IMG/VR virus record: IMGVR_UViG_3300032282_002676
Coordinates: 5,647-69,646 of that record
Source: a virus
Length of the DNA: 64,000 nt
Reading direction: 5' to 3' (one strand)
Each line of letters starts with the position of its first letter. Position 1 is the stretch's first letter. The notes under the pieces were generated by a model that was not told the origin of the DNA, did not search any database, and saw only the letters and a program-made list of their open reading frames with translations. The translations under genes were made by a program, and so were the position numbers. Below, in pieces: positions 10,597-21,305 of this stretch.

Positions 10597-12252
10597 TTAG
10601 AGTGGGAAATCAAAATTGATTGAACCTGAACCTGTAAATTTATAACTGATAAATCCTGTAGGCGATACAGACACATCAGGTGAACCCGAATTAGATACAT
10701 TACCAAACACTGCTGGATATCGAATGATTACAACTCCAGAACCACCCGCACCACTTGTATCTCCATAACTACGACCACCTCTTGTTGGTGATGCTGGTCC
10801 TGTAGCAGGACTCCAAATATTAGTGCCGAATGGTGCCCAAAGAAAACCACCACCAGACGATACAGACTCATATCGTCCACCGCCACCGCCACCACGATTT
10901 ATTTGTCCCTGTATACTATTATCATTACCATCAGTGCCACCATATCCTGATTTATAACCAAATGGTGGTAATGGTGGTCCTGTTGGTGCGGTAGAGGGTG
11001 TCACAGGTCCATAACCACCATCACCTATTTGATCACCGCCCCGATAAACTGTGCCAAAACCTCCTTCTCCGTTGCCTCCAGGAGAAGGATTATTAGTTGG
11101 ATTATATGATGAACCACCGCCACCAGAACCATAACTTAAAGGACTTGTATAGGGCCAAATATATCCATTTCCGCCATCACCGCCTCGTCCAGCATCTGAG
11201 GGTGATGGTGAATCCCATCCTCCTGCACCGCCACCGCCACCACCATAACCTTGCAACAATGAAGGTGTTGCTGGCATTGTTACTGGCGAATTTGGATATC
11301 CAGGAAACGGAGCATCATTGGCACGATCACCACCTCCGCCATTCCTAACATCAACCGATGGTGCACCTGGTCGCCATGATGCTCCACCATAGCCGCCTTG
11401 ATATCCACCAGCAACAAAATTATATGGTGCACTTGCTAACCATTGTTTATGACCTGATTGTCCTCCTGCTCCAGCAACTCCAGCATTAGGTAAGTCTGCG
11501 CCCTGACCGTGAATAGAACTATTACTTTCGCCACTACCGCCAGGTTTTATTTGTCCTCCGCCACCACCACCACCATATGCAAGATATTCACTGGAACTAC
11601 CTATGTAAGATTGATTACCAGTTCCACCTCTACCATTGTTTGTTGGTGAACCACCGCCACCCACTGAGACACTTACTGGTGTATTATAGGTAAAACCACC
11701 AGTTGATGTAACTGCTCTGGGGGTTAATACATTTGCTTGAACTGGAGTTGCGGTTGGTGAAGCAGTGCCTGGATATGTTGGTTGCGATGGCGTTGATGCG
11801 GAAACTGTTGTGGATACAGAATAGTTTCCTACCCCACCATTACCACCACGATCTGTAAGAATGTATGTTGCAGGTGGAATACCTGATCCAGAAATTCTTT
11901 GTCCTACTTTTATTCTTCCTGATGATACCGCAGAAACTTGCATCTCATTTCGATTAGTGCCAGGAGTTGGTTGATACCAAAAACTTGCAGTGAATGATGC
12001 ACCAGTGTAATCAGGATTATTAGTTAAACCTGCTGTTCCCGTAACAATACCGCCACCACCACCACCGCCACCACCAGAAGCACCGCCTGCACCGCCACCT
12101 CCAACTATAAGATAATCAAAAGTGAAAACAGGTTTACCGAAACCTTGAATTGCTCCAGCGATTGATTTACGTTTAGTTAAATTCTGCGTAACTTTATCGT
12201 TACTCGTAAATTTGTAAGAATTGACAGTTCGTGTAGTGGACCTGGTTGTCAT
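10597..12252 (-). CDS. Glycine-rich putative adhesin with inserted domain
   Basis: 551 aa; FDYLIVGGGG...GGSGVVIIRYP...YKFTGSGSI. Confidence 0.8.
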   Translation of the reverse strand: MTTRSTTRTVNSYKFTSNDKVTQNLTKRKSIAGAIQGFGKPVFTFDYLIVGGGGAGGASGGGGGGGGGIVTGTAGLTNNPDYTGASFTASFWYQPTPGTNRNEMQVSAVSSGRIKVGQRISGSGIPPATYILTDRGGNGGVGNYSVSTTVSASTPSQPTYPGTASPTATPVQANVLTPRAVTSTGGFTYNTPVSVSVGGGGSPTNNGRGGTGNQSYIGSSSEYLAYGGGGGGGQIKPGGSGESNSSIHGQGADLPNAGVAGAGGQSGHKQWLASAPYNFVAGGYQGGYGGASWRPGAPSVDVRNGGGGDRANDAPFPGYPNSPVTMPATPSLLQGYGGGGGGAGGWDSPSPSDAGRGGDGGNGYIWPYTSPLSYGSGGGGSSYNPTNNPSPGGNGEGGFGTVYRGGDQIGDGGYGPVTPSTAPTGPPLPPFGYKSGYGGTDGNDNSIQGQINRGGGGGGRYESVSSGGGFLWAPFGTNIWSPATGPASPTRGGRSYGDTSGAGGSGVVIIRYPAVFGNVSNSGSPDVSVSPTGFISYKFTGSGSINFDFPL

Positions 12253-12258
12253 AATTTA

Positions 12259-12606
12259 TTAAGAAATTTCTGCGCCAAAAACGTTGAAAGAAACGGTTGC
12301 ATTATTTGATGCGGCTTGGACAACTGCCAAAGCATCTAATGTGATGCCTAAAGTCAGAGTAACAGTATCTTTTGCTGGTATATTTACATCATAGCAAAGA
12401 TAATGTTGTTGTGCTAAAGCAGTACCTGATGTTGGTTTAACTGCAATTCGGGCAGTAGAACCTACACCCGCAGCACCAGTACCACCAGCAATAACTATAG
12501 ATGAAACTACTGCTTGAGTTGCGGCTGGTACTGTATATAGAGTGACCATAGTTGTACCATCACCCGATGTTATACCTTGACCTAAAATTTTATATGCTCT
12601 TGCCAT
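12259..12606 (-). CDS. Small adaptor protein (MARAYKILGQ family)
   Basis: 115 aa; paralog of 10244..10582. Confidence 0.8.
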   Translation of the reverse strand: MARAYKILGQGITSGDGTTMVTLYTVPAATQAVVSSIVIAGGTGAAGVGSTARIAVKPTSGTALAQQHYLCYDVNIPAKDTVTLTLGITLDALAVVQAASNNATVSFNVFGAEIS

Positions 12607-12622
12607 TTGTTATTTTCCTTTT

Positions 12623-13444
12623 TTACATTCCACCGAGTAGAAACATATCATCAAAACCTTGTGCGTCATTAGACATATTATTTGCACTGATTGCAGATAA
12701 ACCTAAATTATTGCCAGATATTGCAGCAATCGCTATTAAATTGCCTGAAATAGCAGTTGTACCTATTTGATTTCCTGCCACTGCACCTGTAGCAATTAAG
12801 TTTGTTGTAATTGAACTGAGTGCATGATGATTTGCACTAATAGAACCAGCGGCAATTAAATTACCTGTTATAGTAGAAACACTTATTTGATTTCCTGCCA
12901 CTGCGCCTGTAGCAATTAAATTAGTTGTAATTGAACCAAGTGCATGGTGATTCGCACTAATGGCGCCTGCAGGAATCAAGTTACCAGTAATAGCACCAAC
13001 AGCAATATGATTACTCAATACAACTGTTGGTTTGATGTTATTAGCACTAACTGAATTCAATGCTAAATCATTTCCTAAAACCGCACCATCAGCAATCTTA
13101 TCTGCCGTTACTGCACCTGATGCTAGTGCTGTTTGTGTTACTGAACCTGGTTGTAATTGACCAGCATAAACTTGAGCATACGTAACCATTGAAGTTACAC
13201 GATATATGACTTGAATATTATTGGTACTCAATGCAGGAGGTTCAGTAAATGTTATAACGCCATTGGTCACAGAAAAAGAACTATTTGGTTCTTGTTGAAC
13301 ATTATTAACTAAAACTTCTATCGCATTAGGATCACTTATATTTTTTGTTAAAGTGAATTGAGTACATGCTCCTGTTCCATTAAAACGATCAATCGTTCCA
13401 ACGGTATAAAAGTTTAAATCAGGAGTATTTCCAATATAGGCCAT
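12623..13444 (-). CDS. Putative fibre protein with 10-aa repeats
   Basis: MAYIGN start; tandem GA(V/I)xGNxI decapeptides; C-terminal FDDMFLLGGM. Confidence 0.7.
   Translation of the reverse strand: MAYIGNTPDLNFYTVGTIDRFNGTGACTQFTLTKNISDPNAIEVLVNNVQQEPNSSFSVTNGVITFTEPPALSTNNIQVIYRVTSMVTYAQVYAGQLQPGSVTQTALASGAVTADKIADGAVLGNDLALNSVSANNIKPTVVLSNHIAVGAITGNLIPAGAISANHHALGSITTNLIATGAVAGNQISVSTITGNLIAAGSISANHHALSSITTNLIATGAVAGNQIGTTAISGNLIAIAAISGNNLGLSAISANNMSNDAQGFDDMFLLGGM
12765..13004 (-). repeat. Intragenic tandem duplication, 2 x ~120 bp (40 aa)
   Basis: GNLI(P/A)AG(A/S)ISANHHAL(G/S)SITTNLIATGAVAGNQI occurs twice; tatttgatttcctgccactgc recurs at a 120-bp interval. Confidence 0.8.
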
Positions 13445-13791
13445 TAACTAATCTCCAGAACCGATACAATAACATCAGCAGATGATGCTACTGAAGTGTT
13501 TACTTGCAGATAGTCACCCGCTTCCAATACTAATTTTTGATCTCCACCAATAGGAACTAATGCACCACCAGGAGCAATAGTTGCATTCAAAACCATATAA
13601 ACATTTTGTCCTTGACCAACACCGTTTTGTTGGCCGGTATTTAAAATAATATTAGCCGAAATTGGTGTGGTAATCAAGTTTGCTATGGTTAATCCAATAA
13701 CAGTTGCTTGAACACCAGTACCAGCAGCAAAAACATTTTGTGCTGTTGTTCCAGCAGACTTTAGAAAATAATTTTTAAAATTGTTAGCCAT
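13444..13791 (-). CDS. Small adaptor protein
   Basis: 115 aa; MANNFKN...KLVLEAGD...VSVLEIS; same family as 4800..5183. Confidence 0.75.
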   Translation of the reverse strand: MANNFKNYFLKSAGTTAQNVFAAGTGVQATVIGLTIANLITTPISANIILNTGQQNGVGQGQNVYMVLNATIAPGGALVPIGGDQKLVLEAGDYLQVNTSVASSADVIVSVLEIS

Positions 13792-13829
13792 TAAAACCTC
13801 TGAGTGATTTGTAATTCATTTATTTATCT

Positions 13830-14813
13830 CTATCCTAGGGCGATTGCAAAAGCAATGGACGAATCAATGGCAGCAGAAATTGTACTATAGATTGCAGTAT
13901 TTACCGCACCACCCAACGATGCTGTTAGAATAAGAGTATTGGCAGTAGCATAGTTTATATTTGCATTTGAAAGTGTGCTGTTACCAGATACAGTAAGATT
14001 ACCAAAAACAGATGCATTAGCACCTACAGCCAAATTACTTGTAACATTAACAGTTGCAATATTACCATTAACAGTAGCATTACGAGTAACAAGAATATTG
14101 CCAGTAACAGTATTGGTTGTAACAACCACGTTTGATATAGTTGCATTCGTACCAACTACCAAATATGATGTTATGGTATTACCTTGAACGTTCAAATTGC
14201 TGGTAACTGTAACATTACCTGTCGTAACATTCGATGGTACAGTAATGTTACCGCTTGCAAAAGTAACTGTTGCTAAAGATGCATAAGTTGTAACCGTAGC
14301 ATTACCAGTTGTTATGTTGCCTGTGAGTGAAACATTTCCACCAAGAACATCGCCAGACAGTGTTGAGCCTTGTGCTACATTTAAAACTGTGCCAATAGAA
14401 GCACCGCCAGCAATCGACAACTCATCGAATCCAATGGCATCTAGTGTAACATTTCCAGATACGATAAGGTTACCTGAAATAAATGTATCGCCACCAATAT
14501 AAGCATTACTGGTAACTTGAGCAATTGCAATGTTACCACCAATAATACTTCCAGAAGGTGTTATATACAAATTACTGGTAGCAAATGAAATATTCGCTAT
14601 ATTTCCTGTGTTTGCCTGAAGCGTATTAATGTTGGCAAGAGTTCTTACATTCAACGATGCTTGAGTGCCTTCAATATACAATGAGGTATTAGCAAGAAAA
14701 CCTGCGCCACCTATGTTATCAGTAAGTGCATTTGACTTTGTGACTAACGTCGAAGTCGCCGACAACCATTCCTGAAAGGTGTTTGCAGTCGAAAGATTAC
14801 CTATTGTTGACAT
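13830..14813 (-). CDS. Putative fibre/baseplate-attached beta-repeat protein
   Basis: N-terminal NTFQEW motif; GN(V/I)TV beta repeats; C-terminal IAFAIALG. Confidence 0.6.
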   Translation of the reverse strand: MSTIGNLSTANTFQEWLSATSTLVTKSNALTDNIGGAGFLANTSLYIEGTQASLNVRTLANINTLQANTGNIANISFATSNLYITPSGSIIGGNIAIAQVTSNAYIGGDTFISGNLIVSGNVTLDAIGFDELSIAGGASIGTVLNVAQGSTLSGDVLGGNVSLTGNITTGNATVTTYASLATVTFASGNITVPSNVTTGNVTVTSNLNVQGNTITSYLVVGTNATISNVVVTTNTVTGNILVTRNATVNGNIATVNVTSNLAVGANASVFGNLTVSGNSTLSNANINYATANTLILTASLGGAVNTAIYSTISAAIDSSIAFAIALG

Positions 14814-14815
14814 GT

Positions 14816-15040
14816 TTATGTTCTCTTATCTACAAGTTGACGAAGCATATCTTTAATGTCCGTAATATCTTGTTCTAGTTTATTTACTTTTTGTTCCATC
14901 ATATACTTCTCTTCCAATTCTTGTATCTTCTGATCCCTTTGAGCATAATATGATTTCAACTCTTCCACGTCAGTATTTAATATTGCCATATTTGATGTAT
15001 CACGAAGTAAATTGCGATTATCTTTAATTGGTACGTACAT
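14816..15040 (-). CDS. Small coiled-coil hypothetical protein typical of T4-like tail regions
   Basis: 74 aa; L.RD.S.AILNTD motif and C-terminal heptads; SD GGAGA. Confidence 0.7.
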   Translation of the reverse strand: MYVPIKDNRNLLRDTSNMAILNTDVEELKSYYAQRDQKIQELEEKYMMEQKVNKLEQDITDIKDMLRQLVDKRT

Positions 15041-15049
15041 GATTCTCCA

Positions 15050-18000
15050 TTAAGTCGTTGAGTAACTTGGAATTGTTGAAGCAGGTAACGCTATAACACG
15101 AAGGTTAGCAAACTTAGGAACATCAACGGTACTTGAACCATACATCACAACTTTAACTGCAAATGTTGTAAAGTCTTTGTAGAATCCACCTGATGCTGAT
15201 TGGTATGATATCTTATTTTCCGCATTACCAGAACCATACACTCCAGGAGCAAATGTTAATTCTGTCCAATCAGTTGTAGTTGTAGCACTGTATGCCAAAT
15301 CATTTACCTGTGTCATTAGATTCCAACTATTATCTTCAATTTCACTTGGATCAGAGTGTGACATTAGTTTATAAAATACTAGAATATTGGAATCAACTGG
15401 TTTGTATGCATCCATATAGACACGCAAATCACCAGCATCAAAACCTGTTGCAAGTTGAACTTTTTTGGTAATATAACGAATGTTGGAATTACCACCTACT
15501 GCCTTATCTTCTCCATTATACGTAATCACAGCAGAACCTGAAATTCCTATCGTTGGTGATGTGATATAACCAGTACCACCATTCGTTACCACAATTCTAT
15601 CAACAACACCAGCACCAGTAACGTTTGCATATGCAGCAGCACCTGATCCTGAACCACCAGTAATAGTTAAACTTACTGGAGTTCCAACACCACCAACAAC
15701 AGTATATGCCGAACCCGGACTAGAAATTACAAATCCTGTATTGGTTACTGGCATATTATTGATGAAGTTTTCAATCGTCAATAAGTTCAAACGATTTAAA
15801 TCAATCATTGGCGAAATATCTGGATTAGAACTTGCCATTGTTGCTCTAAGTTGGAATGTAGTGTTACCAGTTGAAGTGCTTAGTATTCTACGTCCATAGC
15901 CATCATCCATAGGATAATCAATATTTGGAATTACATTCAATAAAGTATGTTGACCGCCAGAATTCATTTCAGAAATAAAGTCATAGTTGATTGATGTGTT
16001 GGCAACAATTGCATCTGTTGTCATAACTTGCATAACATCATATACTGTGTTTGCAGTTTTCTGTGACATATCAGTTTCAAACAATGCCACGCCAGCACCA
16101 GTTGTAAATACTCTTTTCTGGATAGTGAACATTAAATCTCTGGTTTGATCTGGTGTCCAAGTTGATCCATTCTGCGATAAGAATAGAGAACCTGTATACG
16201 GTTGTTCTGAAATCTTAACACTTGTTTTCAAATCAGTAGCACCAATTTCAGCAACGAATGCTTCGTATCCATTACTGTTAGACACAAGAACAAATGAATG
16301 TTCTCCTGGTAACAATAGAATAGGTACATCAAACTTAAACTCAGTATACTTATTTGGATCGGTAATATCCGGAATAGTAGATACTTTAACTTTATCCGGC
16401 GTTAATGTTTTTTCCGCAAACGGATATACCGTAGATGAAGATGGATATCCATTAATAACAGGACGAAGTTGTAGAGAAACTGGTGTGGTAATATCTTTTG
16501 TTTTGAAACACACACGAATACTATCAATCACAACACCTTGTGGATATTGATTTGGATTAATCAGGAACGTTTGTGCAAGAGGATCATAATAACCAACAAC
16601 CACGTTCTTTTGAACATCAACACTTGAACTTGTTTTAACTGAAGTTGTTGATGCGGAGAACGATTCTGTTACTGTGCTTCTTTGTACTGTTGGCGTGAAT
16701 ACTGTTACAGAAGTTTCTTGTTTAGTTTCAATAATACCTTGTGCGAAGAAACTTGCGTCACCATTGGTACGAGAGTTTTCAATGTTACCAAACTCATCAT
16801 CAATCAGACGAAGAAGTTTTTCACCTGTGCGGAATGTGTCAGCAGGTATACGGAAAACACCAGCACATGCGCCCGCTTGATCAGTTTCCAATAAACCTAT
16901 AGTGTACACCGAAGTAGTATCTGGAGTTACTGACCACGTTCCATCAATTGTAACAACTCTTGTACTTGGATTATATCCACTTGTAGAAATTGTAGCAGAT
17001 TGACCTTTACCTGTACCATTTACAATATAGATTTTTTGACCAGAATAATCAGCAGTACCGGATGCACCACCTGCACTATAAGCAAGGGTAATAGTGTTTG
17101 TAGTACCAGCGAGGGCAACACCTGTCGAATGATACCATTCTGTTGTTGTGTACGACAAACCAGTAATACTACCAACAACTTTGATGCCAGCAGTTGCAGT
17201 ACTCCATGTCAAATAAGCAGAACGGGGATTCATATTTACAACATACGCATTATTATTGGACGTTAAAACTACACCACCAGTGCCCATTACTTCATTCGTA
17301 GTTGCATTATAGAATGTAACTGTTTCAGCATTTGACATTGTGGTTTGATAACCTAATCCATTATTGGCAAATGTGAATCGATTTACTTTTGCAATCTTAT
17401 TATCAATATTCACATTATCAAAGAATGCATGTAGTGTGGTATAAGGTTTGAATTTTTCAGCAACAACTAGAATTGCCGATTCTCTCATGTAGGTAACGAT
17501 ACTCAAATCAAGCATACGATCACCAAACGATTGCGTTAATGATTGTGGTATGATCTGTGCAAGAGTACCTGAGCGATTTGCCGAAAGAGATTGTGATGTG
17601 GTAGTTTGTGTTGTAGTAGTAGTTGCAACATCACCACGTGTCACTAATGCTTGACCTTTACCTCCTCCGGATTTTTCTTTCGTATTAACACGATTTAAAA
17701 CTTCACTAGATTTACCAACAACTTCATCTCTTGAACTAGATGTCCATTGTGTATTCCAAGCACCCCATGTGGTACTTTGAATTGATGACCACGCATCACG
17801 TGCCGCTTCACCACCAGATAAATCAATGTTTTGTGCTTCTAAACGATTTACTGAAGTCCAAACATCAGAAGGTGGATCCAGTTTAACTGTACCAAGATAA
17901 TTAACTACATTGAATGGATTAATATTTAAAGTAGTTGATGATTTATTTTGTGAAACAAATGTGGTATTTGAAGATGACAGCATCAATAAAGGACCATTTA

Positions 18001-21000
18001 CCTCAACATTATAATTTCCAATACTATTATTTGAGAAAATTTTAGTTGAAGCAATGTTATATGATCCTCGGCAAAGTCTACTAATAACATCGATAGATGC
18101 ATTAAAGTCTGGTGCGGTAATTGCAGCAACACCTTTATCACTGAACGAATCAACAAATACACCATTTTTGGGACGTGACAGTCCAACTTGATCACGAACT
18201 GTTCTATCACTCTTACTTAATGTCTGAAGTTCAGCCATCGAAAGTGATGTGTAAAGTTCCAAATTGATAATACGTTTTTCAAGTCCACCAATATCTTTCA
18301 TCGTATAACGTTTATTATTAAACGATTGAATGGAAGTTGAAGATGGATATGTCAAATATGCTGGATATGTCAGAATATACATTGTCATTGAGTCGTCGGG
18401 TTCAACTGGAGTAATAGGATTAACTCCTGGAACACCTTGCAATACGTTAAACTGACGATTCTTATTCAGAACAACACGATCAATACGTGGTAAATAATAA
18501 GCATAATCAGTAAGTATATCTTGACCAGGTTCAGCAATCTTTGGTCCAAGGCCTGCCTCTTCAACATCTAAGACAAAATTGGTACCTGTAGCAATGTTAG
18601 TTGCATCTTTACGTACTGGTCTATAATCCAGAAAATCTTTCAGTGGAAATAATATACCGTCTTGTGATCTAAAAATAGGTACTTGGCCATAATCAATACC
18701 TGAACCACCATTTTCTTGTGAACCCAAACGAGTATAAGAATCCACTGTGAAGAAACCTGCACCAGTTGATTTGAAACGATTGTAACGAACAAGCAATGGA
18801 CCTTTCGGTGATGTTTGTCCAGGTTTCAAAGAAATTGAACCCCAATCATAATACGAGTCTTTTTGGCCTGTATTGAAGTTGTAACGTGATGTTACGTTTG
18901 CAGAAGAACCTTCAGCCTTATCAAGATTATTATAGTTTACTGTGCTTACAGTTGAACCATTAAAATCAAAAATAGCATTAATAGAATGTACATCTGATGC
19001 AAACAAATAGTTTGGTGCGCCAGCAGTCTTTCTCAAGAATGTATCAGCAATAACTGTTTGTCCATCCAAAGATGACATATAAACAGCAGCATTACCAAAG
19101 ATGTTATTTGTGCCAGCACCAGCAGGATCAACTAAAATTGTATTTGCTTTAATGAATGTTTTAGTCTTTGAACCTGGATTTGAAGCACTGATTGTAGCAT
19201 AAATGTTTGCATACATTGCACCACCACCATCAACAGTAATGGTACGAGCAGTATCGGAAATTGTAACCGCTTGTGATGGTACTGTTTGTCCTGTAACAAA
19301 ATAGGTACCACTTCCTACAGTAGTTACTACAACAGTATAATATTGTTGTTTAGCGGTTGTAGTTGTTGCTGCCAATAAAGTTTCGCCTGAACCAATAGGT
19401 AAAACGGGTGATACGCCAGCGGTAAAAGGTCCAACAGTTTGGTAGAGCCTTCTATAAGAATAACTAAAATCAGCAATCGTATTATCAGCAACATTAACAT
19501 CACCTATTTGAATAAGTAACGGTTCTAATTTCACATCTTGAATAAAAGTTGGTTGAAATGAACCGCCCGTTGAAATAATTGATGTTGGTGGTAATCCAAT
19601 TGCTTGATTCTTCGATTGTGGTGCAATATTGGCTGAAGCAATTCTTACGGAATTTGTTGCACTCCGCACTACTAAAGATTCCGCACTTTCAAAACCAGTA
19701 TTAACAATAAATTTCCAATTAGAAGTTGGTGAAGTTGAAAATGGAGGATTTATTGTAGCGGTTAATGTTGATCCAACATAATCAGTAATAATTCTTGTTG
19801 TATTATCGCCGGGAGAATTGAATGGTGCACCACCAATAATTCTAAGAGTACATCCTTTATAAACATCGTTGTTTGCAGCAAATCCTGTTGGAAAGGTAAT
19901 AGTTGTAGTTGAACCGCCAGTTGCTCGGATATCTAATCCATTATTGATACCAATTGGATTTGTGTTTATGTCAGTTAAGAATACCCTATAGATGTAGTTA
20001 TTGGCTTCTGATGTATTACCGGATGCACTGCTAAATGTTATCAATTTAATTTTAGCATTACCTATAACTGTATTGGCATAGATTGCAGTATTGCCAGCAA
20101 CAGTCGGACCTGTACCAGAAATATATGAATTTGCTGTACCAGTATCTAAAAGAGAAATTTCCACATTTGAATATTGATTGGTTGCAAAATTACCATAAAG
20201 ACCATTGGCATAAACATAATAACCATAATCAGAATTAATTCTTTTATTGTTTACGGATTGTGTAGTTCTTGGTTTTGGAACTGAAATTATAGTAGGTGCA
20301 CCAGTGCCAAATTCGTAACCTTTAATATATGCTTTACCAGCACCCAAAGAAATATTGGCATAAGCGGAGTTTGCAACACTATCTGTTAGCGTAATTGGGA
20401 AATTCTTAATAATATAATCACCAGATTCATCAAATGTACGACGAGCAAGTTCATCTCCAATTGCAGCATAGATTGGTGTCTCAACAATCTTTAATGGAAC
20501 ACCACCTTTAATTTGTGCAATCTCAACAAATTGCGTCAAGTCGGTACTTGTAAGATCACGATTGACCAAAGTCATTTCAATGTTGTAACGATCTGCACCA
20601 GGTGCTTGGAAGTTGGATGAACTTTGAGCAGGATCCAACAGTGTCGTATCTTGTGTGTAATCGACAATAGATTCCGAAACTTGGAGACCAATTAAACTAC
20701 TACCTGTACGAGAATATTTGTCAATCGCTACAGATTGAGGTTGAACTTTTACAAAGAAACCATCATAATAAATGACTCCTGTATTTACTGAAAATACCTG
20801 GCAGTTACCATTGGAGAATGTTGAATCCGTATTTGCAAAATATGTGACAGAATTTACATCAGTGTTTGATGTATAGATTGTTTCACCCGCTTCAAATTGA
20901 TCCCCATATAGGTTATTAATAATTAATGTAGCAGGTTCACCACGAACTTGTGATGCACCATAAGATTTTAAAACATACGCACGTTTGGTATTGGCAGCAT

Positions 21001-21295
21001 TATAAATTACTTCTTGGTCAAAATTAATATAATTAACATCTGTACCAGAATACGTTGAAGCAATATTAAGATATGCACAGTTTTGAATTGTGACTTGGGC
21101 ACCAGATACAATTGATCCAGTTTTAAAAATGTGATCACCAAACTTTTTAATTTGGTCTTGAAGTATTGTTTGTGTTTGTGTTAATTCACGGGCTTGAACA
21201 GCAAAACCTGGTTTATAAAGAACACGATAAAAGTTTTTGTTGTCATCAAAATCATCGTAATAAGGATCAACATTAAAATTTGTATTAAGCGTCAT
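15050..21295 (-). CDS. Large virion structural protein, DUF4815/VrlC-like
   Basis: 2081 aa; N-terminal NVDPYYDDFD..KNFYRVLYKPGFAVQARELTQ.Q.ILQ.QI, plus APGADRY, LARRTFDESGDY and DPLAQTF motifs. Confidence 0.85.
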   Translation of the reverse strand: MTLNTNFNVDPYYDDFDDNKNFYRVLYKPGFAVQARELTQTQTILQDQIKKFGDHIFKTGSIVSGAQVTIQNCAYLNIASTYSGTDVNYINFDQEVIYNAANTKRAYVLKSYGASQVRGEPATLIINNLYGDQFEAGETIYTSNTDVNSVTYFANTDSTFSNGNCQVFSVNTGVIYYDGFFVKVQPQSVAIDKYSRTGSSLIGLQVSESIVDYTQDTTLLDPAQSSSNFQAPGADRYNIEMTLVNRDLTSTDLTQFVEIAQIKGGVPLKIVETPIYAAIGDELARRTFDESGDYIIKNFPITLTDSVANSAYANISLGAGKAYIKGYEFGTGAPTIISVPKPRTTQSVNNKRINSDYGYYVYANGLYGNFATNQYSNVEISLLDTGTANSYISGTGPTVAGNTAIYANTVIGNAKIKLITFSSASGNTSEANNYIYRVFLTDINTNPIGINNGLDIRATGGSTTTITFPTGFAANNDVYKGCTLRIIGGAPFNSPGDNTTRIITDYVGSTLTATINPPFSTSPTSNWKFIVNTGFESAESLVVRSATNSVRIASANIAPQSKNQAIGLPPTSIISTGGSFQPTFIQDVKLEPLLIQIGDVNVADNTIADFSYSYRRLYQTVGPFTAGVSPVLPIGSGETLLAATTTTAKQQYYTVVVTTVGSGTYFVTGQTVPSQAVTISDTARTITVDGGGAMYANIYATISASNPGSKTKTFIKANTILVDPAGAGTNNIFGNAAVYMSSLDGQTVIADTFLRKTAGAPNYLFASDVHSINAIFDFNGSTVSTVNYNNLDKAEGSSANVTSRYNFNTGQKDSYYDWGSISLKPGQTSPKGPLLVRYNRFKSTGAGFFTVDSYTRLGSQENGGSGIDYGQVPIFRSQDGILFPLKDFLDYRPVRKDATNIATGTNFVLDVEEAGLGPKIAEPGQDILTDYAYYLPRIDRVVLNKNRQFNVLQGVPGVNPITPVEPDDSMTMYILTYPAYLTYPSSTSIQSFNNKRYTMKDIGGLEKRIINLELYTSLSMAELQTLSKSDRTVRDQVGLSRPKNGVFVDSFSDKGVAAITAPDFNASIDVISRLCRGSYNIASTKIFSNNSIGNYNVEVNGPLLMLSSSNTTFVSQNKSSTTLNINPFNVVNYLGTVKLDPPSDVWTSVNRLEAQNIDLSGGEAARDAWSSIQSTTWGAWNTQWTSSSRDEVVGKSSEVLNRVNTKEKSGGGKGQALVTRGDVATTTTTQTTTSQSLSANRSGTLAQIIPQSLTQSFGDRMLDLSIVTYMRESAILVVAEKFKPYTTLHAFFDNVNIDNKIAKVNRFTFANNGLGYQTTMSNAETVTFYNATTNEVMGTGGVVLTSNNNAYVVNMNPRSAYLTWSTATAGIKVVGSITGLSYTTTEWYHSTGVALAGTTNTITLAYSAGGASGTADYSGQKIYIVNGTGKGQSATISTSGYNPSTRVVTIDGTWSVTPDTTSVYTIGLLETDQAGACAGVFRIPADTFRTGEKLLRLIDDEFGNIENSRTNGDASFFAQGIIETKQETSVTVFTPTVQRSTVTESFSASTTSVKTSSSVDVQKNVVVGYYDPLAQTFLINPNQYPQGVVIDSIRVCFKTKDITTPVSLQLRPVINGYPSSSTVYPFAEKTLTPDKVKVSTIPDITDPNKYTEFKFDVPILLLPGEHSFVLVSNSNGYEAFVAEIGATDLKTSVKISEQPYTGSLFLSQNGSTWTPDQTRDLMFTIQKRVFTTGAGVALFETDMSQKTANTVYDVMQVMTTDAIVANTSINYDFISEMNSGGQHTLLNVIPNIDYPMDDGYGRRILSTSTGNTTFQLRATMASSNPDISPMIDLNRLNLLTIENFINNMPVTNTGFVISSPGSAYTVVGGVGTPVSLTITGGSGSGAAAYANVTGAGVVDRIVVTNGGTGYITSPTIGISGSAVITYNGEDKAVGGNSNIRYITKKVQLATGFDAGDLRVYMDAYKPVDSNILVFYKLMSHSDPSEIEDNSWNLMTQVNDLAYSATTTTDWTELTFAPGVYGSGNAENKISYQSASGGFYKDFTTFAVKVVMYGSSTVDVPKFANLRVIALPASTIPSYSTT

Positions 21296-21305
21296 TTACT
21301 AACCT

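Noticed and set aside
11-12770. Many Pro-rich or His-rich plus-strand ORFs and Val-rich alternate-frame ORFs (also at 49.2-53.9 kb)
   Set aside because: Shadows of the GGT/GGC glycine codon runs of the real minus-strand genes (CCA/CCG Pro, CAC His, GTG Val); no SD or independent support.
1-14813. Diversity-generating retroelement acting on the adhesin genes
   Set aside because: No reverse transcriptase in the window and no TR/VR pair differing only at adenines was seen.
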